Of a stretch of DNA of 64,000 nucleotides, positions 36,333 through 48,834 are shown in pieces. The first letter of the stretch is position 1; each line of letters begins with the position of its first letter. The notes below the pieces were generated by a model. The model worked only from the letters and a program-made list of their open reading frames with translations. It was not told the origin of the DNA and ran no database searches. A program made the position numbers and the translations under genes. This DNA comes from Elsinoe ampelina (lineage: Eukaryota): the NCBI GenBank assembly GCA_010093995.1, contig ML992504.1, positions 1,392,885 through 1,456,884 of the forward strand, read 5' to 3'.

Positions 36333-37757
36333 GATCAGGCCTGGACCATGGGCGGGAGCGAAGGCATACGAATTGAACGAGTGTCGTGCGGAGTGCGGAG
36401 ATCAAAGGCCGGTCGCGGGAGGAGAAGCTGTCAAGATTGGAGGATCCTACGCGGGGCCAAGTGCTTGCAGCGAGGATGCGATCTCGAGACTTTAGCACCC
36501 CATTGTGTAGCGAGAGGGTGAGGTGGTGGGAGAAAGATGTCGCGTCTGAAGGTGCGGGACGAGGTGAGGTGGCAGCGAGGTGCGGCGGCGATGGAGCAAG
36601 CAGACCTCGACTGGTGCCAGTCCAGTCCGGATTAGATGCAAGGCAAGCAAGCAGACGTAGGCAGGGCTCTCTGGTTCGCCAAGCGGAGATGGGAAGGAAC
36701 CGTGAGCGGCGTGAGGGAAGGAAGAGCGACAAGAGACTCTAGGTTCGGCGTGATTGCCCGCTAAGTGGGATAGCTTGATCCGCAGACCGAAAGATGGCGC
36801 TACTTTGCAGTGCTCTGCAGCCTGTAACCATGTATCATGCAGGCGCGTGGGTCTGTAATAATTTCATCGTCTTGCGAGCGGTGGCAGGGACGAGTAGAAA
36901 ACTGCTGGTTCGTGTGCGTGCGCCGTTTTGAAAAGAGCCTTGTATCCCGTCCACGCGAGAAGCGGCATCTCGTGTGCTGCATCTCTTGCTGCAAGCTGCA
37001 ATCCATGCATTTTTATTTTGGATTTCTGCTCGAGTCTGGCTTTGTTCCCCCGCATCAACATCAATTCATGAGCAACGATTGGACGGATGAGAAGCCCTCG
37101 ATTGACTCCCGTCGCGATGTGACGAGTGGCAGATCATTCACTGCACCATCTCCTGTACTAAACTGACTCCCAGCTACGTGGGGTGTTGGCTCTCTCTCTC
37201 GCCCCTCGCCGAAATCCTCGACAGCGCTTTGCAAGCCGCAAGCAATTTATTGAGTTACAGAACTAGCAAAGCATGGCTGGCTCGTCTTCCCCCCGACGGC
37301 AATCCGCAAGCGTGCCGTGTCGCAGCAGTGACATTATTTACTTGTATTTTGCTTTGCCAATCAAAATAGGGACCGATGGCGGAGATCCGTGTCTCGGGAG
37401 TGGCAGGCCTGGGACCGCTTCAACCCATCACTGCAAGGTTTGTTACTTTTCAAATCCTTGTTAGAAATCTACCAGGTCTGGGACAGGATGTGGGAGTACA
37501 GAGTCCGACGCGACGGAAGACGAGAATTAAGAGAGTAGATACTTGCTCTCTAGAACATAAGATCAACCACAGCTCATGCCCAACGCCAACAGAAACGGCC
37601 TCGAATTGGTAGAGAAGGCCCGAATGCTCGAGAGGTCTCGCAGGTACTTGTCTTGTCAAAAGGCGATATTGATTGCCAGTTTCCCAACCATCTGATCACA
37701 TTTGTTGACGGTCCGAGATGGTATGAGTTCTATGTGCTGTATAGGTCGTATGGAGAA

Positions 37758-38960
37758 TTATTTATCAAGAGTCGCCTCAAGTGCTCTAACCTCTTCCGAG
37801 CGCCCGCGCAGGAAGGCATCGTCCCTCAACTGCAGCATCTCTGTCTGCAACTTCGCCATGGCTAGTTCCATATCTTCGAGACCAGCCGAGTCGTCCAGCT
37901 TTGCAAGTTGCCTGTGCTGTGCAAGCGTCTCGTCCATCTCTTCGGTGTTCGGCCTGCCTTGCAACTTTCGGATACGAGACTCCAGCTCCGTCTTTTGATA
38001 TCGCAGTTCGAACCACTTGTCGAATTTCTTCTTCCCTCCGAAGCAGATGCCATATGTCTCGCAGTAGCAGATATGCATCTCCGGACAGACCTCACCATTT
38101 CCGGTGAAGATGTACTGCCACAGATATTCAAACATACGGCCACTCCGATAATCATCAATCGAGGTCCTGATAATCCATGATCTAAGATACAAATACCTCT
38201 GCTTGGGAATCTGGAGTATGCGATCTCTGCTGACGGCAAATTGAGCACAGCAGGGTTGCGAGAGGACCCCTGGCATTTTGTCAATAGGAAAGAGCTCGTG
38301 CCACCTCTCCGGGATGGCATTTTCTTCCTGTTTCTGGATATTATCTCGTGGCGCTTCATTGAGATGCAACCAGTTGGGACAGCCGGGTACCCAATGGCAT
38401 CTCAGGTTGACGTAGCCGTCTTTGAGCACCTTCTCTGGTACCAGATATCGGATCATACCAGCCAAGTCCATGTCCATGAGCTCATTGTTGTGCCACGTGA
38501 AGCGATCCGAGTGGGTAAAAATGGCGACATCTGGCAGCTTTTCGTAGTGATCGATGATGTAGGTGAGATAAACCGTCACCTCATGGCCCTTGTTTCTGGG
38601 AGTATGGAACGGCGCAGACTTGTCATCTGCGACATAGATGGCCTTTGAGAATGAGCCGTTGGGTGAAATCAGATCTCCGAGTTCTTCGTCCACCCACTTG
38701 ACCTTTGCGCCTTTCCTGCTGGCCACAACAATTGTTCGAGTGTAGTCCGAACCAGCAGGTTTTGGCGTGCCAACAAGAAAGACATCCTTCCAAGGCGCAG
38801 CAGAAGGCAAAGTATCTCTAAGATCCGGTAGTATCACCTTTGGCTTCTCTTCGCCATATCTGCGCAGTCCATGCCATGGACTCTCCGACCTGGAAAAGTG
38901 GAGGACGAGGAACAGAACGCAAGCCACGAGGACCGCAGTTGAACGACGTCTCAAGGGCAT
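37758..38960 (-). CDS. DUF3431-family membrane-anchored protein
   Basis: N-terminal TM. Motifs NKGHEVTVYLTYIIDHYEKLPD, TWHN, GYVNLRC, CCAQFAVSRDRI, GRMFEYLWQYIF. Confidence 0.85.
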   Translation of the reverse strand: MPLRRRSTAVLVACVLFLVLHFSRSESPWHGLRRYGEEKPKVILPDLRDTLPSAAPWKDVFLVGTPKPAGSDYTRTIVVASRKGAKVKWVDEELGDLISPNGSFSKAIYVADDKSAPFHTPRNKGHEVTVYLTYIIDHYEKLPDVAIFTHSDRFTWHNNELMDMDLAGMIRYLVPEKVLKDGYVNLRCHWVPGCPNWLHLNEAPRDNIQKQEENAIPERWHELFPIDKMPGVLSQPCCAQFAVSRDRILQIPKQRYLYLRSWIIRTSIDDYRSGRMFEYLWQYIFTGNGEVCPEMHICYCETYGICFGGKKKFDKWFELRYQKTELESRIRKLQGRPNTEEMDETLAQHRQLAKLDDSAGLEDMELAMAKLQTEMLQLRDDAFLRGRSEEVRALEATLDK

Positions 38961-39971
38961 GAGGCATTCATTGCTCGAATACTGCCAGCGTATCCGTCAA
39001 AGACGTTTGAGATCTTGATTGAACGAGTGACAAAGGCATGAGGTGCAGATGGTGAGGATGTCGAGCTCTGGGACAGGTTGATCATCCTCGCCAAGAGTTA
39101 TAGGGCGCTCGCGCCGCCGTGGTGGATCCTGTTTTTAGCACACCATACCTGCATGAACTCTTTTCCCAGGTATCAGATCACACAGTGTTGTGAATGGCGT
39201 ATGCGATCACAGTAGTTCCTGATATGCAATGATTCCTATGGCCACCTTGTGAAGTGCAGTCTCGGTCTTTCCATCAGATAGCAAACGTCAACTAAGGTAA
39301 GGCATGCCCGCTTGTACCAGCTGACCAGCCAAATCCCAAACGGGTCAAGGTCGATGAGTCTACAAGACATATGGCGAACATCCCTTGCTAGTCGTCAGCT
39401 ATATCAGATTCTGCAGTAGTGACAATCTATCTATCATTCGCTCACATCCCTCGTGTCCCGGCCAAACCGCAACGTTCTCTAGTCCAGAATCGTTTGACCT
39501 CTCATAGCCGCTGAGCAACGCAACGTGGAGGCCAGAAAAGAGACGACAACCGCCCCGCTCACGCCCGCACCATCTAGCCCTTTCAACCAATCCCGCCTGC
39601 TGATCGGCACACTTCGGGGTCACAGGCACGCCTCTGTCCTACAATCAATTATACTTGGCTCTTGAGCTTGACAGGAGGTTGCTTGATTAAAAGCAGCCTA
39701 CCGACCGACTTCTTCAATCACGGCGCCTTCACCTCCCTCGTCAAACGCCCGTCCATCTCCAAACAGAGCATCCACCTTCCCGAGCCCCTCTCCCTTGACC
39801 ATCGCTAAGAAACTCACGACCGCAAGCTCCATCCTCTGGGATCCAAAGTTCACAAAGCGACCACCACCGACACGGCTTCACCCCACACACGTTGGCACTC
39901 TCTCGCTCGAGAATCGGTCAGATTCTACCATCAGTGTACGCAGTCTAGGAGGAGGTCAAAGGATACCACCC

Positions 39972-40990
39972 ATGGATAAAAGGCACCCAAGTTCGTTCCA
40001 GCAGCTGGAGAAGCTAGGTGAGGGAACATATGCGACTGTAAGGAACGAGTCGATCATCGCTGGCCGCGGCCACTGACAAGATCCCAGGTCTTTAAAGGCA
40101 GAAACAGGCAGACTGGCGAGTTTGTCGCCCTGAAAGAGATTCATCTGGACTCGGAAGAGGGTACCCCTAGCACGGCTATCCGCGAGATCTCCTTGATGAA
40201 AGAGTTGAAGCACGAGAATGTCGTCAACCTCCACGATGTTATTCATACCGAGAACAAGCTGATGCTCGTCTTCGAGTATATGGACAAGGACCTGAAGAAG
40301 TACATGGACTCCCGGGGGGAGAGGGGCCAGCTCGATCCGGCCACCATCAAGTCCTTCATGCACCAGCTGCTCAAGGGTATCGCCTTCTGCCACGAGAACC
40401 GAGTCCTTCACCGCGATCTCAAGCCTCAGAATCTGTTGATCAACAACAAGGGTCAGCTCAAGCTTGCCGATTTTGGGCTTGCGCGCGCTTTTGGTATTCC
40501 GGTTAACACCTTCTCCAACGAGGTCGTCACTCTGTGGTACCGCGCACCTGATGTTCTGCTAGGGTCCAGGACTTATAACACAAGCATCGACATCTGGTCT
40601 GCTGGCTGCATCATGGCTGAAATGTACACTGGACGACCATTGTTCCCTGGTACTACCAACGAGGACCAGCTTCAGAAGATCTTCAGGCTCATGGGCACTC
40701 CCTCAGAGCGGACCTGGCCAGGCATCTCCCAGTTCCCAGAATACAAGTCAAACTTCACCGTCTACCACACTCAGGACATTAGGAACTACCTACCACAGGT
40801 CGACCCGGTGGGCCTACAGCTGATTGGAAGCATGCTTCAGCTCCGACCAGAGTTGCGTGTTTCTGCCCAGCAAGCCTTGCAGCATCCATGGTTCGCTGAT
40901 TTGCCTCAAGTGCGACAGCAACAGCAAGCACAGTTCCAGGGCCAGCAATCACACATGGGTGGCGTGACCTCGGCACAGCGAGCATACTAG
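39972..40990 (+). CDS. PHO85: Cyclin-dependent kinase Pho85/PhoA
   Basis: [14 protein letters not shown], intron 40038-40087, then VFKGRN. Motifs [46 protein letters not shown]. Confidence 0.96.
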
Positions 40991-41623
40991 GATGTCTCGA
41001 CGGACGGACCACTTTACCCTGAATAATAGTGCGCGGCCCTCGCTGCTGCCATTTTGAGCGAGGAACCAGAGATGAGCTCAAGCATGACAAGACGACGCAT
41101 GGATAATGGGAAGCACCAAAGGGCTATGAAAAACAAGAGAAAATGATAAAGGAACGACAGCATTGTGGTGAAAAGCTTCTAGGGCCGGTAGCGTTGGCGC
41201 TCAAGGACATGCATGATGCATGGGAGTCTCGCAATCTTTTCTGCAAGTCGATCGTGTACCAATACACACATTTCCAAGACAAACAAATATCTCCAATCTG
41301 TCCTTCTGTTCGGAAGTCTTGTTGATCATGTTTATGCCCAGATGCTACAAATTGTGGTGGTCCTGCGAAGGTCTCCACCAGTGTGAACGAACGGTGACGC
41401 CACCACTTTCACCCGTGCTGCGTCCATATCTTCTTCAACCAGACCACATCAACAACACCTCTATTGCTACAAATCCCAACTCTTCCCCCAATACTGCTCT
41501 TCAACACAACTGACCACGCTATCCCCATAATAGAAAATCCCCAAAAGCCCGTGCCCCACCAGTGCCTCAGTACCTCCACACAACCTCACCAAACAAGCCC
41601 CAACCAATTCCCTTCCCACCACA

Positions 41624-42243
41624 ATGTCCTCCCCCTTCCACCGCCTCCTCACCTTCTTCTCCACCCGCTCCCCCCACCCCATCCCGCAAACCATCACCCT
41701 CCTCGACTCCCTCCGCGGCGACCTCAGCCTGGGCCTCAACTTCCCCATCTCCCTGTTCCTGGCCCTCACCCGGCACCTCATCTTCCGCAACACCGGCTTC
41801 TTCTCACTACGCATCCACGTGCCGTCGGTGCAGACATCGCGTGTGCTCCTCGGGGGACCAGGGAGGTTTGAGATCGATGAGAAGCGTGGGTATGGGCTGG
41901 GGGAGCTGGTGGGGGAGGTGAGGAGGCAGGGGGGTGGGGTGGCGGAGGTGGTAGAGGCGGTGGGGTGTTGGGGGTTGGTGGCGGCGAGGGATGGGAGGGT
42001 GAGAGGGGAGGAGGTGAGGGCTTATCAGAGGGGGGAGGTGATGGAGAGGGTGGCGGAGAGGAGGAGGGGGAGGGGGGATGTGTTGCCTTTCTGGAGGGGG
42101 GGACCGATTTCGTGAGTCAACTAAGGGGCGAATAGTTGTGTTTTGGGGTGTTTGCTGACGTGGATAGGGTTGATGGGCATAGTTGGGCTGTGAAGAAATT
42201 TTTTGGGGTGGATGTGTATAAGAAGGATTGGAAGGGGGAGTAA
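41624..42243 (+). CDS. Small hypothetical protein with remote caleosin-like segments
   Basis: ORF 41624-42111, intron 42112-42167 (GTGAGT/CTGAC/TAG), last exon SVDGHSWAVKKFFGVDVYKKDWKGE*. Confidence 0.7.
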
Positions 42244-42664
42244 GGGGGGGTGGGCAAACGGGGAGGCAAACGGGCTTGGAGGGAGGGCGAGACATGGTGC
42301 TTGTGCTCTGATGCAGCTGAGATGGGGACAATGATTATGCGACGAGACTGTCCCAGCTGGTAATTCACAAGGGTGATGGAGGGAATCGTGCACTGAGCAG
42401 CGAAACGTCTGGATGGAGACATGTCGAAGCGCGTGGTATCACATGTCAGACATCGACGACGGCAGCCTGTCCCGCAAACATTCGCAGACACGGAAGCACA
42501 CATGCGAAGGAAGATACTTCATCTGCGCTTCACTCTTCTCTTTCTCCTCCTTCTTCCACATCACCTACACCACCTCCTTTCACACCATAGCACCACCACA
42601 TTCACCCACGATCTACAATAGCATACTCCGTAAGTACTACGCCTCCTCCTGTCTATCCACAGAG

Positions 42665-43834
42665 ATGGGCAGCCAGCCCAGCAAAGAGGTGGAAGAGACT
42701 GCCTCTGCTGTCCCTGCCGTTGTCGCCGCCGCTCCGCCTGTCGAGGAAGCCAGCAAGTCCGTCATCATACTACCAACCATGGATACCGACGAGAACGCCA
42801 CTGCTATCTACAACGAGGTGACTTCGCACGTTCAAGCCATACAGGACCTCGTGAAACCTGGGAAGGATGGTTTGACCGAAGCACAAGCCAAAGCAATCCA
42901 GACTGGTATCAAAGACCAGATGATCAGCTTCGGCACAGAGGTTCACGGCGCCGTTCTGAAGGCTGCGTTTAGAGCCAACAAGAAACTGGAGGACGACAAC
43001 ACTGAACTCAGGGGTCGCATCAAAACCCTCAACACAAACTTGTTCGATTTGGCGACTGAGCATAACCATGTGACCGTTACGCTGGAAACCACACAGCAAG
43101 TTCTGGAGGACCGTACCGATAGGATCAAGGTACTCAGCGACAGGATCATCACGCTCGAAGGTCGCCTCGCCGCACATGACGCTGCTGATGCGCAGATCGA
43201 TCGTCACATTCACAAGCAGAAAGCCATCATCGACAACCTGAACGCACAGATTCACACACTCAAGCATGAGAAGGCGGATTTTCTGAGCTGGCAGAAGAAG
43301 TTGAAGAAGGTCTTTGACGCGAGCGACGAGCGTCCACACAAGCGTCAGCGTCGTGATGCCTTCTCCTCTCCCGACAACTTTCCGTACGACCACCCCCAGC
43401 TCCAGATCGCGAGTGCAGCGAGTGCTCAGAACACACCCAAGGACAGCGGCGACGAAACTCAAAAGTCTGTTGAAGAGGCTGCCACCAGCCCTTGCAACGA
43501 CACTTCTCCTACCCCACCCACCACTGCTGGTGCCGACTACATCCCATTCGACGGGTACGCCATCGACCTCCGTCCCACGCCACGCCACAGGTCATTCATC
43601 AGCCCTCATGATGAAGAGGAGGTCGCCCCAACCGTGAACCACGATGGTGACGATACTACCATGGCCGGCGCGCTTCCTGCAGACGACGTAGTCAACGACG
43701 GCGGTACACCTGACAGTGCGATCCTGGTGACCGATTCTGCTCCTTCAGAAGGTGCTGCCAACCAGCACGGCCAGCGTAGGAAGTCGTCCGCCGCACAGCG
43801 CCGCGACCTTGAGCCGAACTTCACCTCCCAGTAG
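42665..43834 (+). CDS. Hypothetical coiled-coil protein with MGxxxS N-terminus
   Basis: ATG at 42665 (MGSQPSKE). Central heptad-like region and coding-like codon usage. Confidence 0.75.
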   Translation: MGSQPSKEVEETASAVPAVVAAAPPVEEASKSVIILPTMDTDENATAIYNEVTSHVQAIQDLVKPGKDGLTEAQAKAIQTGIKDQMISFGTEVHGAVLKAAFRANKKLEDDNTELRGRIKTLNTNLFDLATEHNHVTVTLETTQQVLEDRTDRIKVLSDRIITLEGRLAAHDAADAQIDRHIHKQKAIIDNLNAQIHTLKHEKADFLSWQKKLKKVFDASDERPHKRQRRDAFSSPDNFPYDHPQLQIASAASAQNTPKDSGDETQKSVEEAATSPCNDTSPTPPTTAGADYIPFDGYAIDLRPTPRHRSFISPHDEEEVAPTVNHDGDDTTMAGALPADDVVNDGGTPDSAILVTDSAPSEGAANQHGQRRKSSAAQRRDLEPNFTSQ

Positions 43835-44523
43835 ACGGACACAGGCAAGAGGAGACATGCACAAGCGACTACCACAATAATCACGGCGGCCTTCCACGTT
43901 CACAGCACCAACTTACGGGACCACACTACACCCAAAGCATCCCTCCACATTCCCCAGCATTACTTAGCACTACACACAGCACCCACTCGATTCCACATAC
44001 AACACCAGAACGATCATCCCCCCGAGACACAACACCAGAATGACCAGAATGTGACACACAACAAAAGCGACTGTTCTCCTTTTCAGCCACAAGACCGTAC
44101 TATCATCGGCACCAGCGCCCTCTCCGCGCTTCTCATACATCAGGTGTTTTTGCTTTATTTTTGTTTCATGGCTTTTTGCAGCCTGCATAGCTCGACGGCA
44201 TAGCGAAGATATGAGCATCGTGTCTACTAGACGGCGACAGTACAGCATAGATATCAGCATGCATAATACACTCATCCAAGACTGCTATTGCTACCACTTG
44301 ACTGTGGCACTATCACCATGCTTGCGCAGCATATGCCTCAACCCAGGAGAACACACATAATGACAGATGAACAAGTGCCATGAAAATCAAGGGTATCTAT
44401 CCTCTCCTATCTCTCCCAGTCCCCATGCCCTCATATCCCCATAGGAACACCATTGTCCACCTCTTCCCCTCCTCTCCTCTCCTCCCCTTCCCTCCTCTCA
44501 CCCCTTCACCCCTCTCACCCCTC

Positions 44524-47072
44524 TCACCCCTCCCTATCCCTCCTCCCACTCTCTATCCTCTCCCAAGCCGCCCTCTCAAACCCCCCCAACCTATTCCAAA
44601 AATGCCTGCCCGCATCATGCTCCCTAATCCTGCCCAACAAATCCGCCACCTTCTCCCTCACCTCCAGCCTCGGATGAAACAACCCCAGCGCCAAATGGAA
44701 CAGCCCCCCTCCGCCCGCCATCCCGCCCGCGGAACCCCACGTCGCGCTGGCCCCTCCCCCCGCGCCGCCCATGCCTTGCATGGCCGCAGGGCCGGTGGCG
44801 CTGGCGACGCCCGCCGCGGGCGTGGGGGACGTGTTCACGACCGTGACGAGGAGGTGGTTGATCTGCTCGTCCGAGTGCACCGCGTTGCAGATGGCCGTGT
44901 AGATGCTGCCGGCGTGATCCGGGCCGAGACGGAGCTTGACGAGTTTGTCGTGGCAGTGCTGGATGTCAATGTCCTTGACGGTGCGGTACGAGTAGTACAC
45001 CGCGAGGTCTTGGATGTAGTTGTAGTAGGAGCGGGTTTTCATCCAGCCTTCGATGCGGGTGGCGTTGGCGGATAGTTCTCGCGTCTTTTCGGCGAGGGAC
45101 GGCCAGACGTAGCCGTACCCTTTTGTGATGTCGGAGGCGGGGAGGGTGTGGGAGGTTGTGCGTTTGAGGTCGGGGGACGAGTCGGCGGAGGAGGAGCCTA
45201 GTTGAGGGGTGGAGATGACGAGGGCGGATGCGCCGTAGACAAGTTCTTCAAAGGCTGCGGCGATGCGGGTAAATTTGAGGACCCAGAGGCGAAATTTGGC
45301 GCGGATGGCGCCTTCGCCGTGGCGGTCGTTGATGGCGCTGAGGACAGATGCCATGAATGTGTTGTCGCCTGTTGGGTCGCCGGTGTAGTTGCCGAGGGGT
45401 ACGTTGCCGCCTAGTGAGTTGGAGGATGAGTGACCGCTGGACGATTTTGAGTTGCTCTCTACTGCGCCGGGGCCGCCGGATTGGAAGTATGCTACTCCTT
45501 CGGTCATGGGAGCGGGTTCAATGTTCTTGCTGATCTGCATGCGTCCCGTGGTCAGATCGCAGAGGAGATCCCACCATTCGGCGTGCATTGAGAATGTAGG
45601 GTTAGTCACACCAGCGATGAAGCCGGGGACTTTGAGAAGATCATCGATCTTGGTAAGATCGGTGTATGGGAAAGCGTGCCGGACGAAACCTCGTAATAAG
45701 CCTCCAGAGGCTAATGCACATGCTGCTAATACAGCTTCTGCGACTGTGGATGAAGGCAAATTATGACCGATGAACACAACGCGCTTCTGGGTGAGCAGAG
45801 CGTTCAGTAAGACTATGATGGGATGGGTGTGAGGGCCGGAGGTCGTAAGGTGAGGATGTAAGGTCTGAAATGCTTGCGGTTCCTTGCTGTGTGGGTGGCT
45901 GAACGTCTGAATGAGCTTGACGAGTGAGAAGTCGCCTACTGTCTCGAGTGAAAGGGCTGTTGGAATCTTGACGGGCACGGGGACGCCATTGTATGGTACG
46001 ATAGACTCGAACTCGTGCGTATCTCGTGGCATCTTGTTCTGCGTCCGTCCAGCCGCAGGCGAATCAGTCACTTCTCCTTGCTCGCCAGATAGTTGCTCTG
46101 ATAGTGTTTCAAACTTCTCCAGAAATAAGTCGCGGACGTCCGACGCTTGTAGAATCATGCGCTCCATGTGTGAAAGCTTCGGCATGAGTGAGAGGTCCAT
46201 TGCGTTCAGCGAGTCGTAAAGCGACGACAAAGTATCCACAACTGGATTCTTGAAGTACTGCTCTAGAGCGAGTAGTAATAGAGGCTGGTGTGATTGTTAG
46301 TTGCTGTTGCGGAATTACTACACATGCGAATACTGACTTTGTAGATGTGTAGGAAAGGATGCCTAGTACAGATGGCCATGGCCTTACACACAGCGCCTCT
46401 CCGTACCGTGTTGTCTTGCTTGGTGGTCACCAGGTTGAGCACATACACCAGCGGCGGTCCTTCCACACTCCGCAATTCCTCGTCTTCTAACGATCCATCA
46501 CTGTTGTCATCCTCCTCTTCCTCTTCCGGATCAAGCTCTCCGTTCGCCATTCGTTCCTCTCGATCTGCTTTTCGCTTCTCCATCTTTTCCCGCCGTATCT
46601 CCTCGTCTTCTGCATTATCCTTGTGCAGAAAGAACATGGTCCAGTCCTGTGTGCGCATGTGCGCTTGATCGGGTAACATCAATTCTGCCAACATGTTCTC
46701 GTCTCCTCCAATAGGTGCGGGATACTGATGCTCCATGATCGAACCGCGGTCAATGTCGAAACTTGCGACGAGGATGTATTCCACATGCTTCTCCTCCGAA
46801 TCTGCTGGGTATTGCGGCGTCACCTTTCGCTTCCTCTTTGCGATCATGCTGTGGTGGTGATTGGGTAGCGCGGGTCGGGAGAATGAGAATACCGTCTGGC
46901 GATGCGAGTCCAGGGGCTTTGTGATCGTCGACGATATGCGATCATCTGACGGGGGCGTAGATGCGGAATGCTTCGACCTGAAGGAGGGTACTGAAGCCAA
47001 CGACGGTCTACGATTGTCGGCTGTGGCATTGGCACCACTTGTCCCCGGTCTGTATGCCATTACTGTAGCCAT
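44524..47072 (-). CDS. mesA: Afi1/MesA-like polarity protein (Arf3 docking, DENN-like)
   Basis: Motifs HVEYILVASFDIDRG, LAELMLPDQAH, QDWTMFFLH, RGAVCKAMAICTRHPFLHIYK, then intron 46337-46285 and PLLLLALE; also HPHLTTSGPHTHPIIVL, FPYTDL. Confidence 0.9.
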
Positions 47073-47614
47073 TGTCTCGGCTCTTGCCTGCTGCTGCTGC
47101 AGCCGAGTGATGAATAGATGGTCCACGACGTGTGAGGGAGAGAAAGGTGGGAGGTTCCGGCCCTACCACCTCATCTCTGCGCCGTGCTCGCTCGGGGGTG
47201 GCAGGGAGTCGGACTTGTGACCGTTGCGTCAACGGCAGCTACCAAACGGTGAAAGAATAGCTTAAAAATGACGGAAGTGGTATGGTCCTGCCCGACCAGC
47301 AAGGTTCATCCAGAAGAGTGCAAGCGACAACCCCTGGTCCCTGACCCTTGGAATGGTGGAGTTCCTGAGAGGGTCAATCCGACTCGTGTAGGGCCTTGGC
47401 GGCCTCCCCACAATGATCGACGCTGGCCGCCTTCTAGCGTCGAGCTTACCCTAGGTACTGTGCGGCTCTTCTCGAGTGTTTGTTTGCACCATTTGTTTTT
47501 TCGTTCCGCCCTCACAACCACCCATCCATTGCTCAAGTGCAGTCCGTTCATACGCACGCTCAACGCTCCACCTGCATCGTCCCGTGGATACATGCAAGGA
47601 GCTTCAACCTCATA

Positions 47615-48664
47615 ATGTCCTTTTCACCACGCCCTTCGCCTTTCAAGAGGCCGGATTCCTCTCCCATCTCAAAAACACCATCGACAGTCCGAGCAGCATC
47701 ACCAGTCATGACAATGTCATCGCCCACAAAGGGCACACAACCCACATCATCGCCAATGCTAGGTGCACCGGACAGACAATCACCCTTTGTCCGACGACCC
47801 TCACAACTCTCCATGAACAGCGATCGGCCTAAGAGTCCCTTCGCGAGAGCTCCCTCCCGCCTCAGCGTCGCCGAAACCTCCACTCCGACATCATCCTCTG
47901 AAGACCCATTCGTCGTCAAATCCCCTCCCCTCTCCTCAGCGAGCAACTCACGACCCAACTCCACCCTCCTCTCCCGCCCCTCCTCCGCCAACGACCCTTT
48001 CACCTCCCGCCCCTCCTCAACCATCGAACCCACCCAACCAACCTCAGACCACAAACCCCCTCCCGCCCGCGACCCCCTCCCCCGCACCCAAACCAGCAGC
48101 ACCCGCCCCACCCTCCCCGCCTTCGCCAACGCAGGCAACTACAGCCACATCCCCCCCTCCCTCCTGCGCACCATGCGCGAATCCTTCGAAGTCCTCGACA
48201 CCTCCTCATCCAACAACATCACCCGCTCCGACCTCACCAGCATCCTCGAACAACTCGGCCTCGACGCCTCCCCCTCCACCCTCAACGGCTTCTTCCCCGC
48301 CTCAGGACCACCCACGCTCAACCTCGCAAAGTTCCTCGACCAACTCACCGAGCCGATGAGGGAGTTGAGCGAGAAGGAAGAGCTCATGGCTGCGTTCGCC
48401 GCGTTTGACGTGGATGATAGTGGGCAGATTGATCTGGGCGAGTTGAGGGATGCGGTGCTCCGGACGGCGCCGGAGCGGGGCGTGGGGGCCAGCTTGAGTG
48501 AGAGGGAGGTGGATGGGATATTGGGGGAGTTTGCGGGGAGGAGGGCGTTCGGTGCGAAGGGGGTGAGTGGGAAGGAGGTCGGGGGGAGGGGGGAGGTGTT
48601 CAAGTACAGAGACTTCATGGCGAGTGTGGGAGGCGTGGGTGGGCAGGAGAGCGTGCAGGTGTAG
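47615..48664 (+). CDS. EF-hand protein, myosin regulatory light chain-like, with long S/P-rich N-terminus
   Basis: ATG at 47615. MRESFEVLD...ITRSDL and the EF-hand ELMAAFAAFDVDDSGQIDLGEL. Confidence 0.8.
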   Translation: MSFSPRPSPFKRPDSSPISKTPSTVRAASPVMTMSSPTKGTQPTSSPMLGAPDRQSPFVRRPSQLSMNSDRPKSPFARAPSRLSVAETSTPTSSSEDPFVVKSPPLSSASNSRPNSTLLSRPSSANDPFTSRPSSTIEPTQPTSDHKPPPARDPLPRTQTSSTRPTLPAFANAGNYSHIPPSLLRTMRESFEVLDTSSSNNITRSDLTSILEQLGLDASPSTLNGFFPASGPPTLNLAKFLDQLTEPMRELSEKEELMAAFAAFDVDDSGQIDLGELRDAVLRTAPERGVGASLSEREVDGILGEFAGRRAFGAKGVSGKEVGGRGEVFKYRDFMASVGGVGGQESVQV

Positions 48665-48834
48665 GGTTAATTAATGATTCATGATGGGTAGAGTTGAGAA
48701 TGCATTGTGTAAATACTTTCTATCTGTGCTTGTCAAGTGGTGAAGCATGCTCTGCATCCAATGCTGGTTGCTCGTGATCCTGGGTCGAGTAATCCCTGTA
48801 TGCTCCCACCGCCGAACTCTCCTCTGCATGGCGT

